DNA of 61,975 nucleotides, filler included, from Aduncisulcus paluster (lineage: Eukaryota): NCBI GenBank assembly GCA_024181965.1. It is 5 parts of 5 records of this genome, joined end to end, with 100 filler letters (N's around TTAATTAATTAA, not from the genome) between each part and the next. Parts side by side here need not be neighbours in the genome. Positions count along the whole stretch, not along the records: positions 1 to 16,060 come from BQXS01010814.1; 4 more parts are not named here. The stretch is one strand, 5' to 3'. Under the pieces are notes generated by a model that worked only from the letters and a program-made list of their open reading frames with translations, was not told where the DNA came from and made no database searches. Shown piece after piece: positions 1 to 11,710 of this stretch (position 1 is the stretch's first letter; every line of letters begins with the position of its first letter). Made by a program: the position numbers and the translations under genes.

Positions 1-2416
1 GTTTGTTCGTGAAATCATCAATGTAGGATCCCCAAAATCCAATATCAGCATGAGATTGCGCGGAAATACATCCAAAACTATCAAGAGTTGCGCGTAAAGA
101 TGTGGAACATTTTGTAAATGAAATGATAAGAATCCAAAGAGAAAAGAATTTTGGAATAGATGACCCCAAAGAAACCTTATAAAGGAATAAAAGATATGAA
201 TCTCTTTCAAACGATGAGATATTAATATCATCCTTGCCATAATCTTGGATCCACCGAATATTCTCTTTCTCACTCTTACTATTTTTAGATTTTGAGGAGA
301 GAAATTTCTTTTCATTAAATATCTTTCCACTCTCCTCTTTCTCTTCTTCTTCTTCTTCTTCTTCTTCTTCTTCTTCTTTCCTCTCTTCCTTTTCTTCAGA
401 ACATTCAAATTTCAGTGAAAGTCTCTCAAGTTCGGAGAGAATAACATCAGAAATAGTTGAACGATGGGAAACAACGTATTCTTTTTGAGAAAGTTTTCTA
501 AATATAGTTTGATGTTTCCAATGTAATTTTTTTGAACTATACGTGGCTGGAGATAGTAAATAAGCCAATAATTGAAGGAAATTAATAAACATTTCCATCA
601 AAGTATGTTCTGAAGTGTTGATCACATGAGACATTGATGAAATCTTCTCTCTATATTCCTTATCATCTTTCCTATTTTTCTTTGGGGAAATTCTAAAATT
701 ATCTTTTGAGAAAGAAGAGATATTCTGGATATCGTCCTCTTCTTCCTCCTTTCCTCTTCTTCTTCTTCTTTCTTTTTGTGAGATTGAGGAAGAGTCAATA
801 GAATTCTTGCGAAGAATATCATTGACCGAAGTGATTAAAGATGGTATTAACAAACGAATGCACAACAAACATATTTTAATACTTCGTTCTGAGACAGTTC
901 TAATTATAGAACATATATAAGATATAATTTTAGGACATTGAGAATGAATATACATAATTATAAGAGGATATAAAGCATAAAACAGAGATAAAGTAGCGGT
1001 TTGGTTGTCAGATTCTTTGATAGAAGATTCAGAACAAGAACAAGGATGCAAAACGTGAGAAAATTCCAAAGATGATTTGATAATTTCAAAAATTAGTTTC
1101 GAAATGATTTTCTTTTCATAAAATTTCTTACATATCATAACAGACAATGGAGATACTTCAGAATTTACAAGAGAATCTTTCATGAATCTTCGTTTGTGTG
1201 ACCTTCCATCAGCAAAAACATCTAAACTTTCCTCATGAATGTTTCTATAAATAGCATCAGTTCGCTTTTGAGAATAAATGGAACAAGGAAGCGACATGAG
1301 TGATAGGCACTCAGAACACACACGAAGACTAGCGCGATTTATAATCGATAACAGGCTAAAAATAGTCATGGAAAGATATTCATTTTCATTAAATTCAAAT
1401 AGAGAAGAAGATGAGTATAAATGGGGCTTTGGGGATTTGAGCATCGATTTATCACCTTTGGAATCATCAAAATCATCAGGGGCAACATTGTATGACAATA
1501 AAATACACATTCCGAGCCATACGACCACGTGTTCGTCAATGAGCTCCCAGAGAGAGGCCCCAAGTTCGACATCCTCCATGCACACACTCAAAAGAGAGAA
1601 GAAATGACTGAATTTATGAATGGGGTGAAGATAAGGAGATAATGATAATCTCCAGCCTGAGATATCGAGTTCTCTAGCAAACAAATCATCTCCAGGCTTT
1701 GAATATACGGCTTTCTGCTCTCGATTATGGCTGGAGGTTATTTCTTTCCCAGGAAATTGTTGTTCACCTTCTTCAGAGGAAGAAACCTTAAATGCTGTCG
1801 ACAATGAGGAAATGCTATCCCTTTTTGCCGTTTGAATGTCTTGATGAGAAGAAGAAGAATGCCTTTTCTGAGGACCTAATGGATTTTGATCAGTGGACTG
1901 AACTCCCGTACAAAATTCTGTATTTCTCCGAATATATGCCATTACTGGAGGAATAACGTAGTAAAAGATATCTTTTCTAATAATATCACTCGATTTTGCA
2001 AGGATCTCACAGAGTTCACATAATAAATCAACATTGGATTGATTCTCACTAGAAGAGAGAAATTGGGGAATAAATGGTTTAATTTCGTAAAAGTATGTTT
2101 TATAATTAGTTTCTATTTGTGATTGCTGCTCATCTATTTTTAAATCACTGGGTATAATACGTTGGACTGATGGAGGCAAAGAAACATCGAATATCTGTTC
2201 GAATAGTGAGAAAAGATGTTTTCTTTCTTCTTCATTCCGATTAGAACTATTGCCTTCAAAATGAAATGATGAATCCTCGCAATTATCGAAAGACTTCTCA
2301 ATAGAGGGAAAATCTTGATAAGTTGAAGGTAAAACTTCTTCATCATCAAAGAACTGCGATATTTTATCACTTTTTACACATAATATAGCATCTGATTCCT
2401 TTGTATGCTGTGGCAT
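1..2416 (-). CDS. Hypothetical protein, >=805 aa, runs off the window edge (absent from the ORF track)
   Basis: Manual translation from ATG 2416 (MPQHTKESDAILCVKSDKISQFFDDEEVLP...) stays open to position 2 (...GSYIDDFTNK). Includes a poly-Glu tract from (CTT)n near 342-377. No family recognised. Confidence 0.75.
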   Translation of the reverse strand, partial: MPQHTKESDAILCVKSDKISQFFDDEEVLPSTYQDFPSIEKSFDNCEDSSFHFEGNSSNRNEEERKHLFSLFEQIFDVSLPPSVQRIIPSDLKIDEQQSQIETNYKTYFYEIKPFIPQFLSSSENQSNVDLLCELCEILAKSSDIIRKDIFYYVIPPVMAYIRRNTEFCTGVQSTDQNPLGPQKRHSSSSHQDIQTAKRDSISSLSTAFKVSSSEEGEQQFPGKEITSSHNREQKAVYSKPGDDLFARELDISGWRLSLSPYLHPIHKFSHFFSLLSVCMEDVELGASLWELIDEHVVVWLGMCILLSYNVAPDDFDDSKGDKSMLKSPKPHLYSSSSLFEFNENEYLSMTIFSLLSIINRASLRVCSECLSLMSLPCSIYSQKRTDAIYRNIHEESLDVFADGRSHKRRFMKDSLVNSEVSPLSVMICKKFYEKKIISKLIFEIIKSSLEFSHVLHPCSCSESSIKESDNQTATLSLFYALYPLIIMYIHSQCPKIISYICSIIRTVSERSIKICLLCIRLLIPSLITSVNDILRKNSIDSSSISQKERRRRRGKEEEEDDIQNISSFSKDNFRISPKKNRKDDKEYREKISSMSHVINTSEHTLMEMFINFLQLLAYLLSPATYSSKKLHWKHQTIFRKLSQKEYVVSHRSTISDVILSELERLSLKFECSEEKEERKEEEEEEEEEEEEKEESGKIFNEKKFLSSKSKNSKSEKENIRWIQDYGKDDINISSFERDSYLLFLYKVSLGSSIPKFFSLWILIISFTKCSTSLRATLDSFGCISAQSHADIGFWGSYIDDFTNK

Positions 2417-2907
2417 CGTCCCCAATGAATCTTACCGATTATTATCAGGATTTATCAGACGTTGTTATGTAAAAACCAGCATCATAAAACTTATTATATT
2501 TTGAAATTATAAATATATATTTATTTTATTGATCCAATATCACAATATAAAAAATCTTATCGCCTCACTCTAAAAGTCAATATATTGATATTTTACAAGT
2601 ATAAAAAATATCTCTTTGCTATGTAAAAAAATTCATTATTGAATTTCAATGATTTTTCAATGATTTAAACAATCAAATCAACCTTCGGAAAATTCATTTT
2701 TTATATTTAAGGATGGAAAGCATATATTACATTTATCCCTATAATGCAACTCTTAGCAGATATAAATTCTGAGACATTTTGCAATGAACTAAATAACAAT
2801 CATTCCAAGCATCATGACAGAATCTATTTTTAGGCGGCTATCATGATTTGACCTTTGTGTAGCTTTGAAGACCTCTTCCAGCTAATATACACTTTTAGTA
2901 ATTATCA

Positions 2908-4683
2908 ATGACAACAATACCAGCCGATATTCTTGAAATTGAAAGCAAATACGATTTCAGTGTCCTCACAGAAGACTATGACATTCCTGACGTAAAGTCT
3001 CTTATCGAGAAAGCTAAAGCTCTAACCTCAAAAATTAAAGCTAATTATGATAAGATTGATGGTTTGAAAAAGGAAATTGCAGAAGGGTATGATTCTTTGA
3101 AATCTGATTCTTCTACCGAGCCTTCTTCCCTTCAAAAACTCAAGGAAGAGAAGGATGAAATTAGAAAGAAGTATGAAGCTGCTTCCGAGGAGTGGAACAC
3201 CGAGAAGGAACTTTTTAACAAGCTTAAGAATCGTCTCATCGCTATGCGTAAAACTATGGCTATGACTGACCTTAAAAAGATCAATTCTCGCATTGAATAC
3301 CTCGAGCATCAACAAGCTTACGAATCCTTATCTAAGCATGAGGAAGAAGAAGTCGTTACTGACATTGCTACTCTCAAAAGAAACAGATCCCAATTAGAGG
3401 ATCTTGAAAAGCTTCACCATGAGGTTGACGAGCAAAAAAAGAAAGTTGACGCTGCTTATATTGAGAGGAAGAAAGTGCGTGACACTTTAGATGCTGCCTT
3501 TAAGGTCCTTAATGAGGAGTATGACCGTCTCGGTATTGCTCGTTCTGACCGTGATGCCTCCTTCGGTTCCATCAAAAAGAAGCGTGAAGTTCGTGGCGAG
3601 CTGTTTGATCAGATTACTGCTCTGAAGGAAGAACGTTCTACAGTTTATGCTGAGAAAGATCGTGTCTCTGCTGAGTATAGTGTTTATCTTGATGAGAAGA
3701 ATCGTCTTACTAACATCAGGAAATTTATTGACTCTGAGATTGAATTTAGAAACAAACGTGTCCGTTCTCGTGAACGTCAAGAGGAGATCGCCGACAAGAA
3801 ACTTGCTGAACTCGCCGAAGAAGGAATGAGCAGCGGTAAGGTCCTTGCCTGTGACATTGTTCTTGGATACTGTGAACGCTTGATTGTCAAGTTTGATGAG
3901 AAATGTCCCAAGAAGACTTCTCCTGTTGGGAAAGAAGAGGAGGAGGAAGAAAAACCCGTTGCTGAAAAGGAATCCAAGCCTGAGAAAGCTGCCAAAAAGA
4001 CTGTCAAGGTTGAGAAAGCTGCCAAAAAGACTGTCAAGGTTGAGGAGGCCCCCAAGAAGGGAAAGAAACCCGCTCCCAAGGCTCTTGTTGCTGCCAAGAA
4101 GTCCACTGTCGACGAGTTCGCTGGCCTCGTCGAGAAGAAGAAGAAGAGGAACAGGAAGCGCCAAGACAGAAAGGGTAAGACCGGAAAGAACGTCACTGCC
4201 CAGGCCGTTGAGGATCTCACTGTCTCCAGCGCTGGAAGCAGTGCTCCTGCTGCTGTCGTTGAGAAGCCCCTTCCCAAGCTCTCCCCCATTGGCAAATACA
4301 AGGATCTCTTCTTGTACGCTGTCGGCTACTCCAACCGTACCAACTCTGTCATCGATGCCCTTACCAAGCTTGGTGAGACCGAGCCTCGATGCATTGACGA
4401 TGCCCGTGTCCTCTTTCAGAAGATGAGAGACATCCGTGGAACCCTTCTTAAGGAAGAGAAGGACAAGATTACCGCCGAGAAGGAGAAGAGACGTCAAAGA
4501 ATTGTCGAGGAAGACAAGGCTCAGGTCGAGAAGTTCTCAAGGAGATACCAAGAACTCCTTAAGTCTCTTGATGAGAGAGCCCAAAAGAGGAAAGAAGAAC
4601 AAGCCAAGAGGCAAAAGGAATGGGAAGAAAAAAGAAAGGAGCAACATGCTGCTAGAAAGGCTGCCCAGAGCGCTAGCAAGTAA
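2908..4683 (+). CDS. Bfr1 / proton-pump-interactor-like long coiled-coil protein
   Basis: 591-aa ORF. INSRIEYLEHQQAYESLSKHEEEEVVTDIATLKR resembles the Bfr1/PPI1 hairpin motif. Lys-rich stretch followed by an 'LG..EP' C-terminal motif. Confidence 0.55.
   Translation: MTTIPADILEIESKYDFSVLTEDYDIPDVKSLIEKAKALTSKIKANYDKIDGLKKEIAEGYDSLKSDSSTEPSSLQKLKEEKDEIRKKYEAASEEWNTEKELFNKLKNRLIAMRKTMAMTDLKKINSRIEYLEHQQAYESLSKHEEEEVVTDIATLKRNRSQLEDLEKLHHEVDEQKKKVDAAYIERKKVRDTLDAAFKVLNEEYDRLGIARSDRDASFGSIKKKREVRGELFDQITALKEERSTVYAEKDRVSAEYSVYLDEKNRLTNIRKFIDSEIEFRNKRVRSRERQEEIADKKLAELAEEGMSSGKVLACDIVLGYCERLIVKFDEKCPKKTSPVGKEEEEEEKPVAEKESKPEKAAKKTVKVEKAAKKTVKVEEAPKKGKKPAPKALVAAKKSTVDEFAGLVEKKKKRNRKRQDRKGKTGKNVTAQAVEDLTVSSAGSSAPAAVVEKPLPKLSPIGKYKDLFLYAVGYSNRTNSVIDALTKLGETEPRCIDDARVLFQKMRDIRGTLLKEEKDKITAEKEKRRQRIVEEDKAQVEKFSRRYQELLKSLDERAQKRKEEQAKRQKEWEEKRKEQHAARKAAQSASK
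3981..4040 (+). repeat. Perfect 30-nt tandem duplication (EKAAKKTVKV x2)
   Basis: tgagaaagctgccaaaaagactgtcaaggt at 3981 and 4011. Confidence 0.95.
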
Positions 4684-4970
4684 GTATGTTCCATAAAGAA
4701 TGAGGAGAAACATCCCCAAATATAATAACTTCTCAAATTAAATTGTTTCCCCATACTTTTTTCGATTTTTTCCCCTCTTTCATAGACAAAAAATACACAA
4801 TAAATTTGGAAATAAGCCTTTCTCCTCCTTTTTTTATCACATAGACGATAATTTAGAATTACACTCCCCTTTAAACAATAAATTCTACTCTAAAAATAAT
4901 GCTCTTTTCCTTGATTGCTACTATTTCGGGAACCAATTGTTTTTGTCACCAACACAAAGCGAGATTGATT

Positions 4971-7781
4971 ATGGAAATTTTTTCTATCTCAAATTATCAA
5001 AAGGGTATGTGATTTTATGTTGTATTATCCATTTTTCAGTTCTTTTTTCATCTCATCCTGTCATTTCCTTCTAGAGTTTATTCGAAGTTGTTTAAACAAG
5101 CCTATAAAGAGCATTCTTGATGTTTCTTGGAAAATATTAATTGTTGATGATATGGCTGCCGATGTTATCTCAAGGCTCTTTACTCTTCAAGAACTTCGTC
5201 ATTATGGAGTTACCCTTGTATTGTATGTTCACATTTAATCAACAGTTGTTTTTGATTATTTCCCACCTTTAATTTTATCGAAATATTTATCCTTTTTGTC
5301 CATCTTAGATCGCATTATCAAAAAAGAGATTATCTTCCATTTACACCAGCTCTCTACATCGTTATGCCCACATCAAAGGCTATAGAGAGGTTAGAAACAG
5401 ATTTTTCAAAGAAATTATACACTCATACAACCATATGTTTCTTAATGGAACCATCTAAAACCGATGCTAATCGTCTGTCAATATCTGCTGCAGAAAATGG
5501 AATTTTAGCAACTTTAAGTGTTATATCCCTTTTTTCTGGATTTATTTGTCTCAGTCCGACCGTTTCAGTAATTCCAACAGGTCTTGCGACTCCGAAAGCA
5601 TCCACCACCATTTCATCTACTCTTTCTACTGCTACTCCTGGGGATTATTCTGCCCGTCTTGATGCAGTATTGTCATCCTTTTCCTCTCCTCTTCGTCTTC
5701 CACCCCTCACATCATCCATTGAACGTCTATGCATGCCACTTTTCTCAGTTAGGTCATCCTCATCCGTTATCCATGAGGGTGTCCGTGCCTCTCTAATTCG
5801 GGCTGCCTGTGGCATGTTACTAACAATGGGAACCAAGCCTCCCTTTGTCCATTGGTTCTGTGATCCCAGTGTATCTCTCACGCCTGCTCGTGAGATGTTG
5901 ACATTCCAAACTGCCGTTGATTTCTGCTGTGAAGTTGGTGGAGGCATCGTTGGCGGAGTGTGGGAGCGTATGATGGGTCGTGGAAAGGGAGGTAAAGGGT
6001 TATCGCTTGCCCTGGAAGGTGTTTCTGCCACTGAAAAAGGTATTGGAGGTGTTGGAGGGATGGGAGATGGAATGAGTGTCGCTGGAAAAAGTCAAATTTT
6101 GTCAAGACAGATTCCCAAATCTCTTTGGAGTGCCGGCCCTAGACCCAATGTTTTGTTCCTCGATCGTTCTATCGGCCTGACATCATTGTTCAGACATTTT
6201 TTTTCATATGGAAACCTCTTCCACGATGTTATCGGTCTTAGCTTTGATGGTACCGTGAAGATGGAAGGAAATGAATATTCCCTCGACATGTTCTCTGATT
6301 CCTTCTTCAATGAACACATCCATGACCCTCTCAGTAATGTTGCTGAATCTGTTGTACGTCTTATTGAAGAGTTTAAGGCCGAACAAGCCCGTGTGATGGA
6401 CCAAGGCGATGAGACTGGTTCCACATCGATGCTCTCTTCTGCCATTGATTCCCTTCCTTCCATTACTCGGCTTAAGAAGCAAGTGGATACACACACGATT
6501 GCCGCACAAATGATATCTGGACACGCAACAAAATATGCACTCGATCACGTTGTATTGGCTGAAGATGGCTGGGTTTCTGCCGGAGGTGCTAGTTCCGGCA
6601 AAGTCAAGGATAAGATGATCGAAGTTGTCTGCAATAGTTTGAAGCATTGTGACGATATTGGCAGAAATCATGCCATTCGATCCCTTGGTGTGTGTTGTGG
6701 AACTTGTCTACAAAAGAATATGCTCTCAAGAATGATCAAGGATCGTTGCTCTGCTTGTGTTGAGTGTCTCAAATCTATTTTTAGACTATATGAAGAATCT
6801 ATCAAGGATGGCAGTGGGAAGAAGGAGAAGAAGAAAGAAGATACCTCCGAGGAGGGTGTTGAGTCGACCGAACACGATGGATTTGACGGAATAAGATCAT
6901 ATTTTGGTCCCGCAGTGGATGTTTGTCTCGAGGTTAAGGCTTCAATGGCAGCATGGAAAGATACTTGTGAGAAAGAAGAAGGAGGAGAAATGTCATCCGA
7001 GATGTCAGGTTCTCTTCCTCTTTCTCAAATATCCAATGAGGATATTTTTAGACTTATGGGTGGTCTAACCATCTCAATGTTCACAATGATGGTCCCAATC
7101 CCCGATACAAGTGCCTCCCAGGATGAGAGAGATCTACTCAAGGCTCTGTCAAAGGAAGTCAAGATGAGTGAGAAAGATGGGTCAGATGAGCCAAAAGAAG
7201 ATTTTCATCGTATCCAGACCCATCCACGTCAGATTAGTGGGTCCCTTGGTGCAATTGTGAGATCATTGGAGGGTCAACAAGAGTCTTGGAGCAAAAAAAG
7301 TGCCGGATTATTAAAATACCTTGGATTATCTGGAACGGGTGGATCTTCATCCTTAGGTGTTGGTGGCAGTGAGACATGTGAGCTTGCTAAAGTTGTTGGC
7401 GGTGTTATGCAGAAAGATAAAGCCAAAGCTGGATACGTGTCTTTCGATCCCAACAAGATGGCAAGAAAGGCCGTTTCTGTCGCTGAAAGGAGGATTGACG
7501 ACTCCATTTCCATGGATTGTGTTGCATCTGAGAATTCTATGTTCATTGTTTGTGTTGCTGGACCTGTTGCAATCGAAGAAATATGTCAAATCCGAAAGGT
7601 TCTCGGGGTTCCCGTTGGAATCTCTTTAGCGCCATTTAGTGATGATATCGAGGATAATTGGCAAATAGAGAAGACCGTACAGCTGAAGAAATCGTGCGCT
7701 GTTCTTGGATGTGGTATTCCACGTCCTATTGATGCTCTCAACGGTGTTATGGAATTATGGGATAAATTCCTGTTTATTTAA
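4971..7781 (+). CDS. SLY1: Sec1/Munc18 family protein, Sly1/SCFD1-like; exons 4971-5004, 5075-5222, 5309-7781
   Basis: Splicing gives MEIFSISNYQKEFIRSCLN...WKILIVDD...LQELRHYGVTLVLSHYQKRDYLPFTPALYIVMPT..., matching the Sly1 N-terminus. Also contains LFLDRSIG...H.FSYGNLFHDV and LKKQVDTHT. Confidence 0.85.
5005..5074 (+). other. Spliceosomal intron (70 nt) in SLY1
   Basis: GTATGT...pyrimidine tract...CTAG. Removal restores the frame. Confidence 0.85.
5223..5308 (+). other. Spliceosomal intron (86 nt) in SLY1
   Basis: GTATGT...TTAG. Removal joins conserved Sec1 motifs in frame. Confidence 0.9.
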
Positions 7782-8022
7782 TCCTCAAAACAACTTATTA
7801 TCATTGCATATTATCTAGAATTTAGGAAAAAATGCTTTCACCTTTATATTTGGTTGCTATATTTACTTTTTTCTGATTACCCTGTTGGTTCCAATAGATA
7901 TATTCAATAAATAAATAAAATGATGATATTTTATTGTTTACATGTTAAAAATATGTTCTGAAACGAATAATATTGCACAGACTCCAAGTTTATCAAATTT
8001 TGTGATTTTTGAGCTACTATCG

Positions 8023-10197
8023 ATGGGTGTGGGTAAAACTCACTCCGAAGAAAGACGAAAACGTGAAAGTCTTGAACATAGAAAGAAAGCAGAAAGGAAA
8101 GCAAAACAAATTTATGCTCAAGGACAGGAATATTTAAAAAAGGAGCAAATCCGTGAAGCCTTTGATTGTTTTTCACAATGTGTTGAATTAACTGACGCTA
8201 AATCAATATATTTTTACTCTCGAGGTCTCTGTCATAAAATTTTTAAGGAATATACAGAAGCAGTTTTTGATTTTTCAGTTGCTATTTATTTATGTAAAGC
8301 TGGAGACAAGGAATTTGCGAATTATTTCAGTATTCGAGGTGTTTGTTTGCAAGCCCTTGGAAAATATGATGAAGCTTTGAAGGATTTAACATATGCTTTA
8401 AGATTGAATCCCAAGGCTGAAAGTGCTCTTTTTGAACGAGCAAGTTTATATCATTCGACAAATAGATATAGAGAAGCATTAGATGACCTTGTTGAATTAT
8501 TAAAACTTAATGAATTTCATATTGCAGCTCTTTCTCTTTCTGGGAAATGTCACTCTGCTTTGCGTGAGTTTTCAGCAGCTATTACTGTTCTTCAGAAGGC
8601 TTCAGAAGTCGAAGGATCGAATGCTGATCTGTTATGTCAGCTTGGTGATGTATTATTTCATAACAAAGAAGTTGAGAGAGCAGAAACGATGTTAAATCGT
8701 GCTATTGATATTAAGAAAACAGACCCAGATTTATTTAGTCTGCGTGGTCGTATTAGAGCCCAACTAGGCGAACATTCCCAAGCATTAGAGGATTTTTCAA
8801 AGGCCGTTCAACTCGATGAGTCGCCCAATGCCTTTGTTGCCCGTGCTGAAGCCCTTCTTGTCATGAAGCGTGCTGAAGAAGCTCTTAAAGATACTAATTC
8901 TGCCCTTGAAATTGATCCAGATAATCCAAAGTATTTGTTTGTCCATGGAAAAGTGCTTGAATGTCTTGGAAAAGAAGAAGAATCCGAATCCGTGTATGCC
9001 AAATGTGTTAAACTTGATTCCGGACACGTTGAAAGTTTGTACCGACGCGCTTTACTTTGCAGGAAGCACCGACGTTACATTGAGGCCTCCCAAATATTAA
9101 CCAAAGCTCTGCGTGTGAATCCCGATGATGAACGTCTATATATTCAACGTGGTCTCGTGTGTGGCGATGTATTGGACCAGAAAGGAGCCATTAGAGACTT
9201 GACGAGTGCTATCAAGCTCCTCGATCAACGAGACACTCCTTCTCCCATCCCGTTCATCCACCGTGCACAGTCGTGGCTCAAGCTGAGACGATGTGTTGAA
9301 GCAGCTGCTGATTTCACAACTGCCGAGGAATTGGGCGGTGATAACTGTGATGTCCTGAGTGGTCACTGTCTTGCTATCCAAGGACTCGGCGATCATGGAA
9401 CTGCTGCCAGTCTTGTCACTAAAGCCATTGTGAAGCAAGGAGGCACAGACCCGAAGCTATTTATTCAAAGATCTCTCTCTCTTCGTGCCTTGGGATCGCA
9501 TGAACGTGCTGCCGGTGATCTTCTCACAGCGTTGGAGGTAGATCCAGAGAACGCGAAGGCTTTGTTCCTTTTAGCGAGAGAATTCATGCATTTGAGTAAG
9601 TTCAACAAAGCCACGCACCGTGTTCGTCAAGCTCTGGATATTGGTCTCCCATTGTCATATACTGCCGATGCTTGGTACGTCTATGGTGTATGTTTGATAT
9701 ATAGAAGACATATTGTGAATGCCATAGAAATGCTAAAGAATGGTATCAAAAGTGCATGGCAACTACATTTTGCAAGGAAAGGTGAAGTCGTCGTGTCCAT
9801 CCCCGAAGGTTGTCCTGTCGGATTTGAATATATCGTGCACGAGTTGGCTAAAGCACACCAAGCAATCGAGCAACACGAAGAAGCTATTGTGTGCTTCACA
9901 GAAGTATTAAAGCACCAACCAACGAATGCTCGTGCATTGTTCAGGCGAGCTTTCTCGTATAAATGCTTGGGATTCTTCGGATACGCCGTGGATGATCTCA
10001 AGAAAGGAGGGGAACTTGAGCCTGAAATTGCTGGGTTATGGCCAAACCCAAGTGAGTTTGGGAAATTATCTCTGACAGAACTTGAAATTGTTCCACCCGG
10101 AAATGAAGAAGATTATCCTTCAAAGCGGACTATTCATTATTTGGATGAATTAGTCGAATCAGACATGCAACCAATCATTGAAGCATCGGTTAAATGA
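8023..10197 (+). CDS. Multi-TPR repeat protein (likely start ATG 8023; upstream in-frame ATG 7942)
   Basis: Many 34-aa TPR units, e.g. YFSIRGVCLQALGKYDEALKDLTYALRLNP. Confidence 0.85.
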   Translation: MGVGKTHSEERRKRESLEHRKKAERKAKQIYAQGQEYLKKEQIREAFDCFSQCVELTDAKSIYFYSRGLCHKIFKEYTEAVFDFSVAIYLCKAGDKEFANYFSIRGVCLQALGKYDEALKDLTYALRLNPKAESALFERASLYHSTNRYREALDDLVELLKLNEFHIAALSLSGKCHSALREFSAAITVLQKASEVEGSNADLLCQLGDVLFHNKEVERAETMLNRAIDIKKTDPDLFSLRGRIRAQLGEHSQALEDFSKAVQLDESPNAFVARAEALLVMKRAEEALKDTNSALEIDPDNPKYLFVHGKVLECLGKEEESESVYAKCVKLDSGHVESLYRRALLCRKHRRYIEASQILTKALRVNPDDERLYIQRGLVCGDVLDQKGAIRDLTSAIKLLDQRDTPSPIPFIHRAQSWLKLRRCVEAAADFTTAEELGGDNCDVLSGHCLAIQGLGDHGTAASLVTKAIVKQGGTDPKLFIQRSLSLRALGSHERAAGDLLTALEVDPENAKALFLLAREFMHLSKFNKATHRVRQALDIGLPLSYTADAWYVYGVCLIYRRHIVNAIEMLKNGIKSAWQLHFARKGEVVVSIPEGCPVGFEYIVHELAKAHQAIEQHEEAIVCFTEVLKHQPTNARALFRRAFSYKCLGFFGYAVDDLKKGGELEPEIAGLWPNPSEFGKLSLTELEIVPPGNEEDYPSKRTIHYLDELVESDMQPIIEASVK

Positions 10198-10695
10198 GTT
10201 TAAAGGTCGATTTGTTTATAAGAAATCAAATTATATCTGGAAATGAATTATTTTTCATCGATCTTTTTATTCTCAGTTTTTCAAGTATTTTGTTGAAATA
10301 ACCTTCAGTAATGAGCAATATAACATGATTAAGGGCAAATAAGCCAAATTTTGCTAAGGTATCGGCCACATATTGTCTGGGATATTTTTTTTCTATTTCA
10401 ACACATCTTGTCCTGTTTAGTGTATTTTCTATGCATGAAAACCTGCTAAAATGGCAATATAAATGTGACTTTTTACAAAATATGTTGGTTTTATATATCA
10501 TATTGTCCAGAATTCAATCGATCATCTATTTTCCCAAATCTGAAGTAAATATTAATTTGCATCGACTTTTTGTATTTCAAATGCTAATTTATCTGGCTAT
10601 TTTTTGTTGATTTTGATCAACGAATATGTTAGAAAAAGAAAAATTGACAAAGTCTAGGTTTGGTATCAATTGATAACTAGTAACATTGTTTACAA

Positions 10696-11391
10696 ATGTT
10701 TCCTGGAATGACAAAAGATAAAACAAAGAAATATAATCCAAGAGATGCAGTATGCCCGGCGCATTTGTCTTCAACAGGAACCACTCAAAAATATGTCCTT
10801 CCTGCACAAACTTCGGGAACATACAAAGCTTTTACTTCGTCGCACTGGTTATCACGTACGTATGGTACATATTTGAAGCGTTCTGCTCAATCAATTGCTG
10901 CAAAATTTTCTCAACTTGATCTAGATCGTTCTGGTAAACTTACACCCCAAGAACTTGTCCCTGTGTTTTCCATGGGATCTGGATATATTGTTCCACTTCG
11001 CACAGTTGAGAAATTAGCTAGAATGTTTGATTATGGAGATTCAAAAGGATTAATCACTTTCCAAGAATTCGCAGCTCTCGATGCTTATGTTACATCACTT
11101 AGAAATGCCTTTTGCGCATGTGATAGAGAGAAGACCGGTAGTATTTCTTTTCAAGAAGTTGAGAGCTGTTTCCGTGTTCAAGGTTTTAAATTGTCTGAAT
11201 TCCTCCTTCAATCGTTAAAAATTGGATGGGATAGAGAAAAAACTGGCAGAATATCATATATATCTTACATGGATATGGCTGCAACACTTGGACTTTGCAG
11301 AACTGTGTTAAATCAATTTGACCCGAGAAGAACCGGGAAAATCAGACTTAATTTTGATGAATTAGTTATATGCATGCTTGGATTTAAATAA
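10696..11391 (+). CDS. Penta-EF-hand Ca2+-binding protein (ALG-2/peflin family), paralog of 53813-54688
   Basis: EF loops DLDRSGKLTPQE, DREKTGSISFQE and DPRRTGKIRLNFDE (EF5 with the typical insertion). Start may be ATG 10708. Confidence 0.85.
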   Translation: MFPGMTKDKTKKYNPRDAVCPAHLSSTGTTQKYVLPAQTSGTYKAFTSSHWLSRTYGTYLKRSAQSIAAKFSQLDLDRSGKLTPQELVPVFSMGSGYIVPLRTVEKLARMFDYGDSKGLITFQEFAALDAYVTSLRNAFCACDREKTGSISFQEVESCFRVQGFKLSEFLLQSLKIGWDREKTGRISYISYMDMAATLGLCRTVLNQFDPRRTGKIRLNFDELVICMLGFK

Positions 11392-11710
11392 TTTTAGATT
11401 TCTTATAGAGTGTCATTAGTTTTGTTATTTCCATGTGAAATTGTATTCATATTAGATAATTCTATAAATAAATATAGACATTATGAAATATCTATTTTTT
11501 ATTTGATGTTTTTTTGCTTGGTATTGCTCAATCCAACATAACTACAACGAATTCCAGGTAGGGTCTGATCTGAGCAAAATTTAATGATTCAAAATTAATA
11601 ACTTCAACAATGAATCAATCTTCCTTATATCCCGAGTGGAAATGCTTCATGGAATAAAACATTGACCAAGATTATGGAAAACACGTCCATTTGATTGAAG
11701 GCAAGTGAAT

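Noticed and set aside
3487..4497. Long antisense ORFs (336 aa here, and several opposite DPD, eEF1B and SDA1)
   Set aside because: Shadows of biased codon usage or low-complexity tracts on the coding strand.
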